IMG/VR virus record: IMGVR_UViG_3300045988_147489
Coordinates: 20,848-84,847 of that record
Source of the DNA: a virus
Taxonomy: Duplodnaviria > Heunggongvirae > Uroviricota > Caudoviricetes
Strand: one strand, 5' to 3'
DNA length: 64,000 nucleotides
Positions 23,101 through 29,874 of this stretch are shown here, one piece after another. Position 1 is the stretch's first letter; the number at the start of each line of letters is the position of its first letter. A program made the translations under genes and the position numbers. A model generated the notes under the pieces. The model had not been told where the DNA came from. It did not search any database and was given only the letters and a program-made list of their open reading frames with translations.

Positions 23101-23330
23101 CATTTAACGTTGGCGGTCAGGAGGCAACTCGCAGTTTCCCGATCAACCCGCGAATGAATATGGGCTCCTACTCGATGGAGTTTCGTTTTGCAGCGGATAT
23201 TCCAGGCAACTATGACAACGTCCCGTTCTTTGTAAGAGCACGTGGTCGGGATGCTACTTGGAACTACCAGTGTTATGTAGAAAACATCACTGCCACTGCT
23301 TTCCGTACAAACAGCAACTCATTCAGCTAA
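11172..23330 (+). CDS. giant host-specificity / central tail fibre protein (gpJ-like N-terminus with repeat-expanded extension)
   Basis: single ORF of about 4050 aa; N-terminal about 800 aa has gpJ-like layout including an FN3-like segment; rest is repeated modules; TTG at 11166 is an alternative start. Confidence 0.85.
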   Translation: MDQFKKKRLPLLIAGAGGKKSSGSSRTPVEADDTVNSRAMASILDLLGEGVVGGLINGAKSIFIDGVALENEDGSFNYSGVTWDFRDGSQDQSPMPGFDFVETPKAVNTQLKTTNAVTVAIDNDDADRVRVIMKFPSLRSIDKKTGDTNGTSVQFKFQLANGNGSFYDVIATGESSSDVKLTAKKTGVYYRSYEIQLPKPGRAYKVRVLRLSADSNDQYLFNDTWVDSIGEIVDTPMNYPNSVLVGLKVNSEQFGSSMPSRSYLIRGLKIRVPSNYDENTNTYNGVWDGTFKLLSSSNPAWILFDLLTNARYGLGKFVSESMIDLGQLYQIGRYCDEEVDDGFGGKEKRFAINTQITSRQDAYRLIQDIAGAFRGMVFWAGGMVNIMQDSPSDPVMLFTNANVKDGLFTYKGSARKDRPSVALITYNNKQDGYKQNVEYVEDQEAMARYGERKTEAVAFGCTSRGQAHRVGLWLLYTARMESDMITFTAGLDASFLMPGETVLIQNKYRAGKRNSGRIVSFTKNSITLDAPVSLKKSGSFIRIINQEGKIVERDINETGDNITKVTFKTALATAEQPVANGVWTITEPDLVPMRARVVAIAQGETPGSFDITVVQNNASKYQAIDNGAALVPENTTVLDPTYSKPSNLVISEGTYLSSPGNLSVKLMLAWEGKSPEYWVSWRRSDEGNVSNWQSARATEEQYEIVNVAENGRYDFQLYSVSFGGKKSEIITAVYQVKGTMTPPGAPTSLTAVGDYRNVVLNWVNPDSVDLAQINVYASKTNKLDTATLIAQAATTTFTHAGLGDNETWYYWIRAVNKRGMVGQPNSNLGTEATTRDVLSFLKDKITSSELGKELLDEIDSKATQEAVDNAIGEVQNSVNESIQQVENDLAQTSSEIKAQVDSVNQSLKEDIKTVNQTIVDNIDAVNQTINTNISNVNSQIEAAKQSIKDGDAALSQEIKNAQSSLTTSLSQTSKDLTAAIQKETNDRIADVNDAAKQAADQLLSAKNELKTSIDSLSEVVTSGDENLARQISQIAAGTGEQFDSLKIWYFDQDAEGWTEDDNGYTPMSVTSDGWLKANNPTSTCRSPNGLTIDAHAYRFIKMRIKKVGNPTWNAKMFWIGADETGWNAGRSVVINEPEYDDKGIAILTLHDLEWRDSTTIRRFRFDFTSGQDTDNYLLFDWIAVGRPTPGAGMAALQEEQQARANADTAEAQARSTLAAQIRGSSESGNLDDIRSGLIYQEKNARITADAAEASARESLQTEFNRNKASVAEELHTLSTEQASQASKITGLQTSLGQKADASAVQTISQKVEEQGNTLKSQGAALSTLDNRVGSVESGVSANSKAITGLQSTVTQQDKTLSSQSESITTLNNSLSDIQSDTDTAKSNPSNLLVNASFERDLAGWSAGNSVSNVIKASAPHSGSKILVCAAGTVQITQSVSVVEGRTYKLSSFVRCTTDAVISSPGNNKLRIGAATLLKEIPIRPENLPKDETWKEVSDTWKATLTGKVDVSIMSSLKTGSQYFDDVGFVDVTDALAIEANASATNALTSRVSSVEGTITSQGQQITSMQNSIKNKADASAVTNLANRVTAAENQISSQSQSITSLSNSLDNANADADASKAIIGNMLKNNSFERGFEGWEYVGWTLLEAQNPKSGKYIIQAGKLASGGDSGCNQTIELQAGKTYRIGAWVRKSADFAINNAGNNKISLRNADLTPIKDIPITGAGLSTNWALISGEYTPAKTASVVVSLRASVASGYMYLDDVFCVDVSNEKAIDATSNALSTLNSTVTQQGKDITSNSNSITSLSNQMVNGRQNMWVRSVYNVQLANNTTEPTFSDINGKAPISIDEVPDAAKLDFASAGSYVIAHYKAFVKVNADTTITMAPGSRVFDDTGAVYVNGVRVAFGNASWNTVSFDLKAGWSTVEFLVNQWTGQAYINLGFKLSEKVAQLNSALGMNALSNAISAVTSNVSTVGDRVTSTSQSVTDLRNSLEQTNANLANKADAQALSTLQNTVSKQGDTISSQGNSITNLNNTLTAARNSGDNLIPNYDFLQGATAWDIQYPAGVAFGNFGDGKAGVKLNRTTTTSPGIFSNNNKPLPLNGQRKYRVVVKAKGVSGAMNMLIRRQNKIGQTDSNYEDKNVTLTSEWQTITWETGLTASNADGQNFKLYAHPANAEIWVDTFKVFDITDEVKIKANSDALSTLSSTVTQQGDKITSQGNSITKLTNDLEAADANIAKKADQSAVTTLTGRVEKTESGLTAANSNITSLSSSLSQQSKRGANLLPDGTFESYAVGHNLSNNRVIVTTDDSHGGNKCIRVTRPNDYNANATDNSDNHIFSGFQVRDNAVFYMECWVKLDANSTAMAENTQISIGLSLQYQDNSWQWPAVTKAAKDLSTAQWTKVSGYLKSTKSGIKQAMVRISIPNVSSVKAGNSFLIDDLVITEVTDAYNAQSTADANANAISTLDSTVSQQGDQITSQGNSITKLTNDLATTNNNVSKKADQSALSVLSGRVDQTESGLSSANSSITALNSSVRAGNATSGDLISNPTFDPEFSQMGFTVVPSSSEGVPANCPYAYVARIAARDHHPNFAAIPATLGDVYEMSALVACGTGSADFNLYLGTATRPSGSVGAPLSSGGNRKASATWQRVTWRFKITQGIVDRGFFRPFLQINQSSPFGTVWYVTDWHLRNVTDSSKVQDSLDATAKAVDSLTSTVNQQGENISSIGTRTTNLENNLRTTNANVAQKADANALTALTNRVTQTEKDINSTSSSVTNLNNKVDAISVGGTNLIKNSGDMTGWSNVVSDTYRGNAVIGATVKAGSGYRDLREITLESPVDAGEYVYSFYAKGGVAGQIMTAFFYNPNTTTSIETSQGAKGNNSDGRAQFTLTTSWARYWVKWKQTPTTSTKRLILCRIESNTSKDQTVYINSPKFEVGNVVSDWNESPSDSASASAVDSLTTKVNQQGTSISSIGNRTTSLENGLSTAQNNIAKKADASALQDLRNTVTSQGDDLTAANSSITSLHASMNRRTVFTVTARGNGNSVTHGVFDESGKNLFTPGRSWALVTFAKHSDGSTVIATSKTYDVFGSANNGATMSADIEALASGTYVCVLTFDEPTGNRGKVLSALESLGGTSEVVNSLPYRGAYILLGRKGMKPGDGLELRAPTGGDGTAHISTSVEFVNGVMMGLGAAGGVMMKADANASAITTLQNTVKTQGDNIDSLSSSTTALENSLASSNASVDAASQIPGNLIVNPSFERGTEGYTGWSGIATVATLQVPHLGTKAAKLAAGGSAGVGQKISFKKDRSYKIGIWAKQDPNTTIQSTDNTKFRVADGTGLIASKVYGPFTSNWQEVSWTWKATKDVLADVQFTAFLSAGAMYFDDFYVVDVTDSVETQANSSAITKLDSRVTKTENDITSQGSQVTQLKNDLATTNTNVSKKADAAALTALTNRVTQNEKEIGTQSSQTTSLKNSLSTVQAMGSNPWFDGSLETYSENQQISGSRAVVVSSQKRSGTKSLRVSRGAGEGGNSDKTIGKWIALRENAVFRIELWAMMPADQSPSSGWSTLVGLQTQNAANNNNWPTAITINEAALGARGAWKKFTGTLRVAAGHTRGAFWVSTRGTTGTGTPGYDLYIDDVVVTDITDAKEAQDSANSNASALTSLTSRVTNVEGQVTSQASQLSSLTSQVNDASSKVDQMAQTITNNEKTQSSLNTSLQSQIDAQASANIKNQTELNNATTSMAAIKSTQQTQATTISALSQQQTNLTAQVGGQSAELQELKKTVVENGNVNSTWMVKMETNSNGKKYAAGIALGIDGKNLQSQFLVQTDRFGLINTSNGNTTTPFVIENGVAYINAAVIKDGSITNAKIGGEIRSDNFVNGSNGWRIGKDGSSQFNNAIFRGHIEARSGTFKGTLEAQNFIGDIAVARRYAGLSFRRNNTVQRDGRYQNRGYGMTIVLSCTLIYQVTGGNEDRNGYIVEMTFNVGGQEATRSFPINPRMNMGSYSMEFRFAADIPGNYDNVPFFVRARGRDATWNYQCYVENITATAFRTNSNSFS
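13680..22520 (+). repeat. internal tandem modules within the J gene (about 11 copies of coiled-coil segment plus CBM-like beta-sandwich domain)
   Basis: recurrent peptide blocks such as STVTQQGDKITSQGNSITKLTNDL...KKADQSA and domain starts such as NASFERDLAGW, NNSFERGFEGW, NPSFERGTEGYTGW; matching DNA repeats e.g. CAGGGTAACAGCATCAC at about 17235, 17818, 18603; coordinates approximate. Confidence 0.7.
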
Positions 23331-23333
23331 CAT

Positions 23334-23352
23334 GGCGCCCCTTTGGGGCGCC
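23334..23352 (+). terminator. GC-rich hairpin after J gene
   Basis: GGCGCCCC-TTT-GGGGCGCC. Confidence 0.5.
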
Positions 23353-23386
23353 CACTAAACCGTATTAACTCAAGGAAGAGTAAATT

Positions 23387-24826
23387 ATGGCAATGTATGA
23401 AGTTGGCACCATAACGGGTGCTGCAAACCAGGCAAAGGTTACAGGTATTTCCACTAAGTGGTCGGAGACCGCCCTGGGTATTCAAGAGGGTTCGATTCTT
23501 GTCATTTATCGCAATGGAAGTGCCGATCTGTATGCCATCAAATCCGTTAATAACGACACTCAACTGACCCTGACGAGAAACATTACAACAGCTTTTTCTG
23601 GTGCGAAATATGGAATTATCACATCAGAAACAGCCAGCACATCGTCTTTTGCTAATCAACTCGCCAGTGCATTCACTCTGTGGCGTAATGTTGTCCAGGG
23701 GTGGTCTACAGCACTAACAGGTAGTGGCAATATTACAATAACAGACCCTTTAACGGGTGTATCTGTGACTGTTCCAGCAATTTCAGGAATGGCGAAAGCG
23801 TCCGATCTCACAGCACTTAGCAACTCGCTGAAAGATGTAGCGAAGACTACAACGGCAAACACATGGACGCAGGCGCAGACGTGGAACGCAGCATCTACGT
23901 TTAAAAATAACCTTACGGTGAACGGCACTTTTACAGTAAATGGGAATTTCTACGGCAAGCAGCTTGCTGGAGGCCACATAGAGTTAACAGGGGCGACCCC
24001 TTATATCGACTTTCACCACGGCAACACCACAACAGACTACACACATCGAATTATTACTGAGAATGGGGCATTGGCTGTTTATCCGGGCTTACGCGTCCGT
24101 GGTGGATTGGGGATTTATGGTGTAGCTACGCAATACGGAGATCAGTACGGGCAGGGATTTATCACCCGTCTTAACACAGATCCAGGTAACGTAGCTAACG
24201 GCACAATCATTGCCTCTCCACGCGTCACAACTAGGTTCAACACTCGCGGCAGTGACACAAATGTTGACGGCGGACAGGGGGCCATGTGGTTTGAGGAGCA
24301 GGTGGGGACGAACCATAGGCTGGTATTCATGCTTGGTGGTTTCAGTCAGCCTGTCCAATATTGGCACCACTTGCCTGATGGGCGGATCTATAGTAGTTCT
24401 CGCGGCGATGTTGCATTTAACGGGACGTCCGACGAACGGTTGAAACATAGTATAGAACCGACTGACGGCCATTTGTCAGTCGATCGCATTCGTCAGCTTG
24501 AGCTGGTGACGTTCGTCTATAACGATGACGAGCAGGAACGAGTACGCCGCGGGATTATTGCGCAGCAGGCTCAGCTGGTCGACAAACAGTATGTTAAGCA
24601 GATTAACACATCGTATATTCTCAACGGTGAGAAAGTGGACGATGACCGTCTGCAACTCGATAATAACGTTATTCTAATGGATACATTGGCGGCGGTTAAA
24701 GTACTGATTCAGCGAGTTGAAGAACTTGAGAATAAACTTAACTCATCAGAAGGGAGCGACGCCATAAATACAAACCAGAATACCTTCGATACAGGCGTGG
24801 CCATGAGAAGTGAGCAATCAAATTAA
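23387..24826 (+). CDS. side tail fibre protein with C-terminal intramolecular chaperone (peptidase S74-type) domain
   Basis: AAGGAAG RBS; C-terminal NGTSDERLKHSIEP matches the autoproteolytic chaperone signature as I recall it. Confidence 0.7.
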   Translation: MAMYEVGTITGAANQAKVTGISTKWSETALGIQEGSILVIYRNGSADLYAIKSVNNDTQLTLTRNITTAFSGAKYGIITSETASTSSFANQLASAFTLWRNVVQGWSTALTGSGNITITDPLTGVSVTVPAISGMAKASDLTALSNSLKDVAKTTTANTWTQAQTWNAASTFKNNLTVNGTFTVNGNFYGKQLAGGHIELTGATPYIDFHHGNTTTDYTHRIITENGALAVYPGLRVRGGLGIYGVATQYGDQYGQGFITRLNTDPGNVANGTIIASPRVTTRFNTRGSDTNVDGGQGAMWFEEQVGTNHRLVFMLGGFSQPVQYWHHLPDGRIYSSSRGDVAFNGTSDERLKHSIEPTDGHLSVDRIRQLELVTFVYNDDEQERVRRGIIAQQAQLVDKQYVKQINTSYILNGEKVDDDRLQLDNNVILMDTLAAVKVLIQRVEELENKLNSSEGSDAINTNQNTFDTGVAMRSEQSN

Positions 24827-24916
24827 TTCAATTCGTATGTAAGTGCTTACCTACAATTAGTTTCTAATTTATGATATAAATCTGCCATCCGATTTGACTT
24901 ATTCATGGAGGAAGAC

Positions 24917-25240
24917 ATGTCAAACGAGATGGCAGGCGTGACGCCAGAGCAGGTGGAGCGCATTGCCGCAATTGTTGCGCGAGAAGTCGTAGGAAAATTA
25001 AGTAAGGAGCTTCGCGATGATATTGGCCAGGAGGTCAACGATCAGCTGCGAACCTACTTTGGCGATATGACTCCGGCGCAACATAGCATTCAGCATTCCA
25101 ACCTGGACAAACTTCTTAATCGGCTCGACACGATTTCAAGCGGGTTCTTTGGAGGCATTATTTCCAAGATTACCTCGTTCCTGATCACCGTGCTGCTTTT
25201 GGGTTTGGCCGCTTATGGCGTGAAAAATGGACTGCAATAA
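24917..25240 (+). CDS. small membrane protein, possible holin
   Basis: GGAGGA RBS before ATG 24917; single C-terminal transmembrane helix; position at head of lysis cassette. Confidence 0.35.
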   Translation: MSNEMAGVTPEQVERIAAIVAREVVGKLSKELRDDIGQEVNDQLRTYFGDMTPAQHSIQHSNLDKLLNRLDTISSGFFGGIISKITSFLITVLLLGLAAYGVKNGLQ

Positions 25241-25253
25241 CAGGAGAACAAGG

Positions 25254-25946
25254 ATGAGTACTCCAAGAGGCATTCGTAACAACAACCCTGGCAACCTGGA
25301 TAAAGGGTCGCCGTGGCAAGGGTTAGTAAACAACCCGTCGGAACCGCGGTTCTGTACTTTTAAAGACCCCGTATGGGGGATTCGAGCACTGACAGTAACG
25401 CTCATCACCTACCATGATAAGCGCCGTGCAAAAGATGGCTCCAGCATCGATACGATCCGCGAAGTCATCGAGCGTTGGGCGCCGCCACACGAAAACAACA
25501 CCGCCGCCTATATCAATGAGGTTTCTAAAGCCGTTGGCGTGACGCCGGACATGATCATCGATCTGCATGACTACAATACTATGCGGCCGCTGGTGGAGGC
25601 GATTATTCGTCATGAGAACGGTCGTGGCCCTTTGAAAACACTCAACAGCTGGTATTCGGCCGAAGTTATTGACGAAGGTATGCGTCGCGCCGGCGTCGTT
25701 AAACCGGTAACTGCAGTGAAAGCCGTACCTGTCACGAAAGAAACTGCAGGCGCAACGGTGACTGCAGGTATCGGTATTGCGCAGCTGGCGGACGTAATGC
25801 CGCAGATCTCCGTTGCGATGGATAAGGCCCAGGGACATATTACCAGCGGGGATACCGTTCGCATTATCTTCGGTATTGCGACCATTGTTGTCGCCGGCTT
25901 TATTGCCTGGTCGCAAGTTCGTAAGCATCAGGCAGGAGTGGTGTAA
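25254..25946 (+). CDS. putative lysis protein (endolysin candidate) with C-terminal membrane anchor
   Basis: globular N-terminal domain starting MSTPRGIRNNNPGNL; C-terminal hydrophobic helix IIFGIATIVVAGFIAW; sits between holin-like gene and Rz/Rz1 pair; enzymatic class not established. Confidence 0.35.
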   Translation: MSTPRGIRNNNPGNLDKGSPWQGLVNNPSEPRFCTFKDPVWGIRALTVTLITYHDKRRAKDGSSIDTIREVIERWAPPHENNTAAYINEVSKAVGVTPDMIIDLHDYNTMRPLVEAIIRHENGRGPLKTLNSWYSAEVIDEGMRRAGVVKPVTAVKAVPVTKETAGATVTAGIGIAQLADVMPQISVAMDKAQGHITSGDTVRIIFGIATIVVAGFIAWSQVRKHQAGVV

Positions 25947-25948
25947 CC

Positions 25949-26200
25949 ATGAACGGCAGCCTGCTTTCAAAGGTCAAATCGACCATCATGACTTTGGCTG
26001 CCGTCTTCTCTGTGCTCGTTGGGGCGTACACCTGGGGTGGACGTGCTGCCCGGCGGGCCATGGAAGAAAAGGCGCAGAGAGAAACCAACAAACGGCTTCA
26101 AGGCACAGTGGATGTGAAAAATGAGACGATTAATGAAGTCAGGACTAAGGATGCTTCTGCCGTTCATCGCGAGCTTCGCGATAAGTGGATGCGTGATTAA
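25949..26200 (+). CDS. Rz-like inner-membrane spanin candidate
   Basis: N-terminal TM helix followed by charged helical region; overlapped by lipoprotein ORF in another frame. Confidence 0.5.
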   Translation: MNGSLLSKVKSTIMTLAAVFSVLVGAYTWGGRAARRAMEEKAQRETNKRLQGTVDVKNETINEVRTKDASAVHRELRDKWMRD

Positions 26201-26348
26201 ACCCCAGACCGTGGGCGTACAATTCTGCGATGGGGCTAACCCTATCTACATCAGCAAGGACGACGCCCTGACAGAAGAAACTGAGAGGGAAATCCTGATC
26301 CACAACACGCTGGGTGAGCGAATCTGTGATTGGGGGAAAGGTACATAA
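26121..26348 (+). CDS. Rz1-like outer-membrane lipoprotein spanin candidate
   Basis: signal peptide with lipobox ISGC; starts inside 3' end of the Rz-like gene in +1 frame; alternative ATG at 26133. Confidence 0.5.
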   Translation: MRRLMKSGLRMLLPFIASFAISGCVIKPQTVGVQFCDGANPIYISKDDALTEETEREILIHNTLGERICDWGKGT

Positions 26349-26360
26349 GGAACTGACGTA

Positions 26361-26400
26361 AGATGCGCTTGCGTTGATGTGAGGCGCATCTGTTTCTTCT
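26361..26400 (+). terminator. terminator-like hairpin after lysis cassette
   Basis: AGATGCGC...GCGCATCT stem followed by T-rich tract. Confidence 0.45.
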
Positions 26401-26428
26401 ATCTGTAATCGAGTAAATGCCGTCATCC

Positions 26429-26460
26429 AAGTTCACCGAACTTGATTATTCTTCACCGAA
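26429..26460 (+). promoter_or_regulatory. two direct repeats TTCACCGAACTT spaced 20 bp, upstream of gene at 26590
   Basis: exact 12-nt direct repeat in intergenic region. Confidence 0.3.
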
Positions 26461-26589
26461 CTTCACTCAAGGTAATCTTGAATCATCCTGCTTAATGATG
26501 TAGATTTAACCAACAGCTGACGATGTCGTCAGCCGTTAGACCTGAAAAGGTGCCGCAATGACACTTGTGTTAACGGCTAAGGTGGATAT

Positions 26590-27009
26590 ATGCTAAATTA
26601 TCATGACAATACGCGTTCTATGCAGACGATCCGCACCAATACTGCGGTTATCGACAGCTTTCCTATGCGTATTCACAACAGTGAAGACGCAGTAGAAGTG
26701 CGACGTATGTTGTGCCGTGAATCAGCTAACCGCCAGCACTTCATCGTCACTTTTAAGAGCGATGTGGCGCGTGCCGAAAAGATCTCTAATTCTACGTCAC
26801 TGGTTAAACCGTTGGCCGAGGTTGTCACTAACGGTAAACGAACCTCTTTTGTTTTAGATGTTGCTGAACAATATCCTGACTTGAAGTGTTTAGATCGTGA
26901 TATTTCTTCACGAATCAAACAAGTTGTAGAGTCTTTTATGAAGAAATTCTGTAAAATCGATGATATGGAACCATCAACGGCACAGAATACTTCATGGCAC
27001 CATCTCTAA
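26590..27009 (+). CDS. hypothetical protein
   Basis: ORF from track; no motif recognised. Confidence 0.4.
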   Translation: MLNYHDNTRSMQTIRTNTAVIDSFPMRIHNSEDAVEVRRMLCRESANRQHFIVTFKSDVARAEKISNSTSLVKPLAEVVTNGKRTSFVLDVAEQYPDLKCLDRDISSRIKQVVESFMKKFCKIDDMEPSTAQNTSWHHL

Positions 27010-27767
27010 TTGGTCAGGCGAACAGATTAATCCCTGAAATAGAAGACTACAGCAAGGTCTTGTCTGAAATGCCGAGAGCGACGAGAATTATCGCTCTCGG
27101 TGAGTTCTATTTTATCTCCCGAGGTTTCGATCTAATTCGATTTACCGAATACGAGCTTGTTGATTCGGCCTATGAACGCTGTATTGTTGGCGAGTGTCTT
27201 GAGTCATGTGATCCTGATTACCAAGAGCAGGAAGTTAAGCGACTCAAACGTGCTGGTTACACACCTCTTGAGATAGGAGCAGAAATTGAATCCTACAAGT
27301 TGCATGTGGGGCAGCCAGTCCAAACAGTCTTCCGCGTGGCCTACTGCGAGTTTCCAATCAAGGATAAATCTGGAGTAAAAGTCAGCGCCAAGCAGATTAG
27401 AGGGGTTTTTACTCATGCTGATTATATGGGATTAGGCATCGCAAGTTTTGCTTACCTTTATCTCGTAGATAAGTATCAGTACTTGGTTTGCGATACGTTA
27501 CAGACGGTAAAAGGCGCAACTCTTTGGGCTGTGAGTATGCGCAAACATGGACTGGTCGAAATTTACGATACGAAGAACGAAAATTTTATAGAGGAATTGG
27601 GTGAGGATGCCTGTGGCGTAAGTGGTTTTATTCCGTGGGATATCGGTAAGTCTGACGGAGGCCAGATGCGAAGACGTGAAGAGTGGGGGACTAATAAAAT
27701 CAATCTCACCCCAGGTGCTTGTACTCATATAGTGAACATTCTGAGTAAACGATCTATGAATCAATAA
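26994..27767 (+). CDS. hypothetical protein
   Basis: ORF from track; followed by clear terminator. Confidence 0.45.
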   Translation: MAPSLIGQANRLIPEIEDYSKVLSEMPRATRIIALGEFYFISRGFDLIRFTEYELVDSAYERCIVGECLESCDPDYQEQEVKRLKRAGYTPLEIGAEIESYKLHVGQPVQTVFRVAYCEFPIKDKSGVKVSAKQIRGVFTHADYMGLGIASFAYLYLVDKYQYLVCDTLQTVKGATLWAVSMRKHGLVEIYDTKNENFIEELGEDACGVSGFIPWDIGKSDGGQMRRREEWGTNKINLTPGACTHIVNILSKRSMNQ

Positions 27768-27790
27768 ACCCGCTACGGCGGGTTTTTTGT
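27768..27790 (+). terminator. rho-independent terminator
   Basis: ACCCGC-TACG-GCGGGT followed by TTTTTTGTT. Confidence 0.7.
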
Positions 27791-27915
27791 TATTAAGCCC
27801 ACCTATGTACCTATCATTAAACCTTTACACCGCAGCCGTAGGCATTTAGGCTATATCACATATAAGAAAACAAGTTGTTTCAGACGATAATTATATACGC
27901 AAAGGGAACTCTCCA

Positions 27916-28584
27916 ATGACCAAGATCTTTGTGGTTGGCGGCACAAAGGGCGGGCCTGGCAAATCCACCGTTGCCCAGCAAATTGCCGTTTGCCTGAAAG
28001 TCAAAAAGAAGAAGAAGGTTTATATTACCGATATAGATATTCAGCGCACGACAACGAGCTGGTGTGAAGACCGTCGACAGAACGAAGACCTTGAGCTGAT
28101 TCCTTTTGCATACGTTCAGGATGACATCATTAAGCACCTAAAATCGCTTCAGGGTAGAGCTGAGTTTGTAGTGGTAGATGCTGGTGGCTTCGACTCCGAA
28201 ATTCAGCGACAAGCGATGCTGATGGCTGACGTTATCATTATCCCGCTGCGTCCTAAGCGTCGTGATTTGAAATCTTTACGTGACATCGATCCTATTATCG
28301 ACAATGTTCGCAATGTAAACGATAAAGTGAAGGTCCGCGCGGTCATGAACCAGTGCCCGGCTTTGCCATCACAAGTGTCTCGCATTCTGGCGGCTAAAGA
28401 GATTGTTGAGACGTTTGGCATCGAGTCTGCGCCAGTCAATCTATATAACCGCAACGTCTATGATGATGCGGAAGAGTCTGGTCGCTCTATCTTTGAAATG
28501 ACCGGTAGCGAGCGCGACAAAAAGGCGGAAGCCGAGTTTGAAGAATTTGTAGATTATCTGTTGAGTCTGGAGGAAGAAGAATAA
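27916..28584 (+). CDS. parA: ParA-family partition ATPase
   Basis: N-terminal deviant Walker A GGTKGGPGKST; size and following small partner gene typical of type I partition loci. Confidence 0.8.
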   Translation: MTKIFVVGGTKGGPGKSTVAQQIAVCLKVKKKKKVYITDIDIQRTTTSWCEDRRQNEDLELIPFAYVQDDIIKHLKSLQGRAEFVVVDAGGFDSEIQRQAMLMADVIIIPLRPKRRDLKSLRDIDPIIDNVRNVNDKVKVRAVMNQCPALPSQVSRILAAKEIVETFGIESAPVNLYNRNVYDDAEESGRSIFEMTGSERDKKAEAEFEEFVDYLLSLEEEE

Positions 28585-28943
28585 TGTCCATGAAAATGGG
28601 TGACCTAGCAAAGCGCAAAGAGCCTGATGCACCGGCTAAGAACACAACTCCTTTGCGCCAACCAGTCAGACCACAGGGACGCCCGACTCGTGGCAAAGAG
28701 AAAATTAAAAGCCGCACAATGTCACTGGAGGACGAATACTTCGAACTGCTGGAGATGATGAAGTTCATCCCTCGCTTCGAGAAGTTCACTCGTTCTGACG
28801 TGATTCGAGCAGCCATTTTCCATCTGGCAGAGAAGTCACCGCAGGAAATCGAGGACATCGTGAAATTGAATGAGGCGATCACCGCTGCCGATGTCACGAT
28901 GCGTACCGATGAAATCAAACGAGAGTTGATGAAGAAAGGTTAA
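28584..28943 (+). CDS. small partition partner (ParB/ParG-like DNA-binding protein)
   Basis: start overlaps parA stop (TAATG); basic N-terminus; position. Confidence 0.5.
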   Translation: MSMKMGDLAKRKEPDAPAKNTTPLRQPVRPQGRPTRGKEKIKSRTMSLEDEYFELLEMMKFIPRFEKFTRSDVIRAAIFHLAEKSPQEIEDIVKLNEAITAADVTMRTDEIKRELMKKG

Positions 28944-28948
28944 AAATC

Positions 28949-28979
28949 ATGCATTGGCGCGTACATTGCGCCAATGCAT
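28949..28979. repeat. 12-bp inverted repeat ATGCATTGGCGC / GCGCCAATGCAT, possible centromere-like site or bidirectional terminator
   Basis: perfect palindromic arms with 7-nt spacer between convergent genes. Confidence 0.4.
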
Positions 28980-28995
28980 AACTACAGTGTCAGCT

Positions 28996-29763
28996 TTATG
29001 CCGCGCTAACACTATGTTCAGTCCTAACCACCCCAACCTTCACAAAAGGGCTACCGTAGCTTGGTGGCTTCTTGATTAATTTGCCTACATACAGTTTTCT
29101 AATATGCTCATCGGCTATTCTGCCAACAAATTCATAACGTTTTGTGTCGGGGCCAAGAGCTATATCCCTTGTAAAGTACTGCTGAGAACCGGCTTTGACC
29201 CAGCATTCAATCTGATAAACTTCCATTATCAGCCCACCATATGTAGCGTAGGCATATTTGAGATTCTCGTCTCTTGGAACCTTTGCCCATACGCCACGCG
29301 TAGCTTCATATAATGCCAGAGCGGACATTCCTGACTTGTAGGTGCTGTTTAGCAGGAAGGCAAGACCGGCGTGCTCAGGAGCAATTTCAGTTTCCTCTTG
29401 CAGCACTAAGTGATGGTAGGCGTCCAGTGATATTCTGCCCATCATGGAACCACTTCCTCGTACCTTATTCGTAAGCTCTCCGACCCCCATAAGGTCGATG
29501 CATGTCGCCTCAACAAGTTTGGCTGTGGTTTCATCCATACCATGACGAAGTATATCTATGCCTAATTTTTTATTAGCCAAAAGTTCTTTGATCCGCATGG
29601 ATTTGGGAGAGTCATCGGGATACTTGATGTGATCGAGACAACGAGTCGATTTGCCTTTTCCTATGTAAAACGGTCTTTTCATCTTGTCTTCTGTATCATA
29701 GAGACAGTAAACATAGTATTTAGCCTTATCCAATGATCTCGCGTATACCGATAAATCGTCCAT
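28996..29763 (-). CDS. GIY-YIG nuclease domain protein
   Basis: N-terminal YYVYCLYD...PFYIGKGKSTR matches GIY-YIG motif. Confidence 0.6.
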   Translation of the reverse strand: MDDLSVYARSLDKAKYYVYCLYDTEDKMKRPFYIGKGKSTRCLDHIKYPDDSPKSMRIKELLANKKLGIDILRHGMDETTAKLVEATCIDLMGVGELTNKVRGSGSMMGRISLDAYHHLVLQEETEIAPEHAGLAFLLNSTYKSGMSALALYEATRGVWAKVPRDENLKYAYATYGGLIMEVYQIECWVKAGSQQYFTRDIALGPDTKRYEFVGRIADEHIRKLYVGKLIKKPPSYGSPFVKVGVVRTEHSVSAA

Positions 29764-29874
29764 TATTGCATCTCTTTGCTACTGACTAATGCGTTCTATT
29801 TTACACATAAGTTTTTAATCAATTTAACAGGCTCAAAGTGTAGAGCTTCTGGGCGTCTAAGACGACAAGTTATG

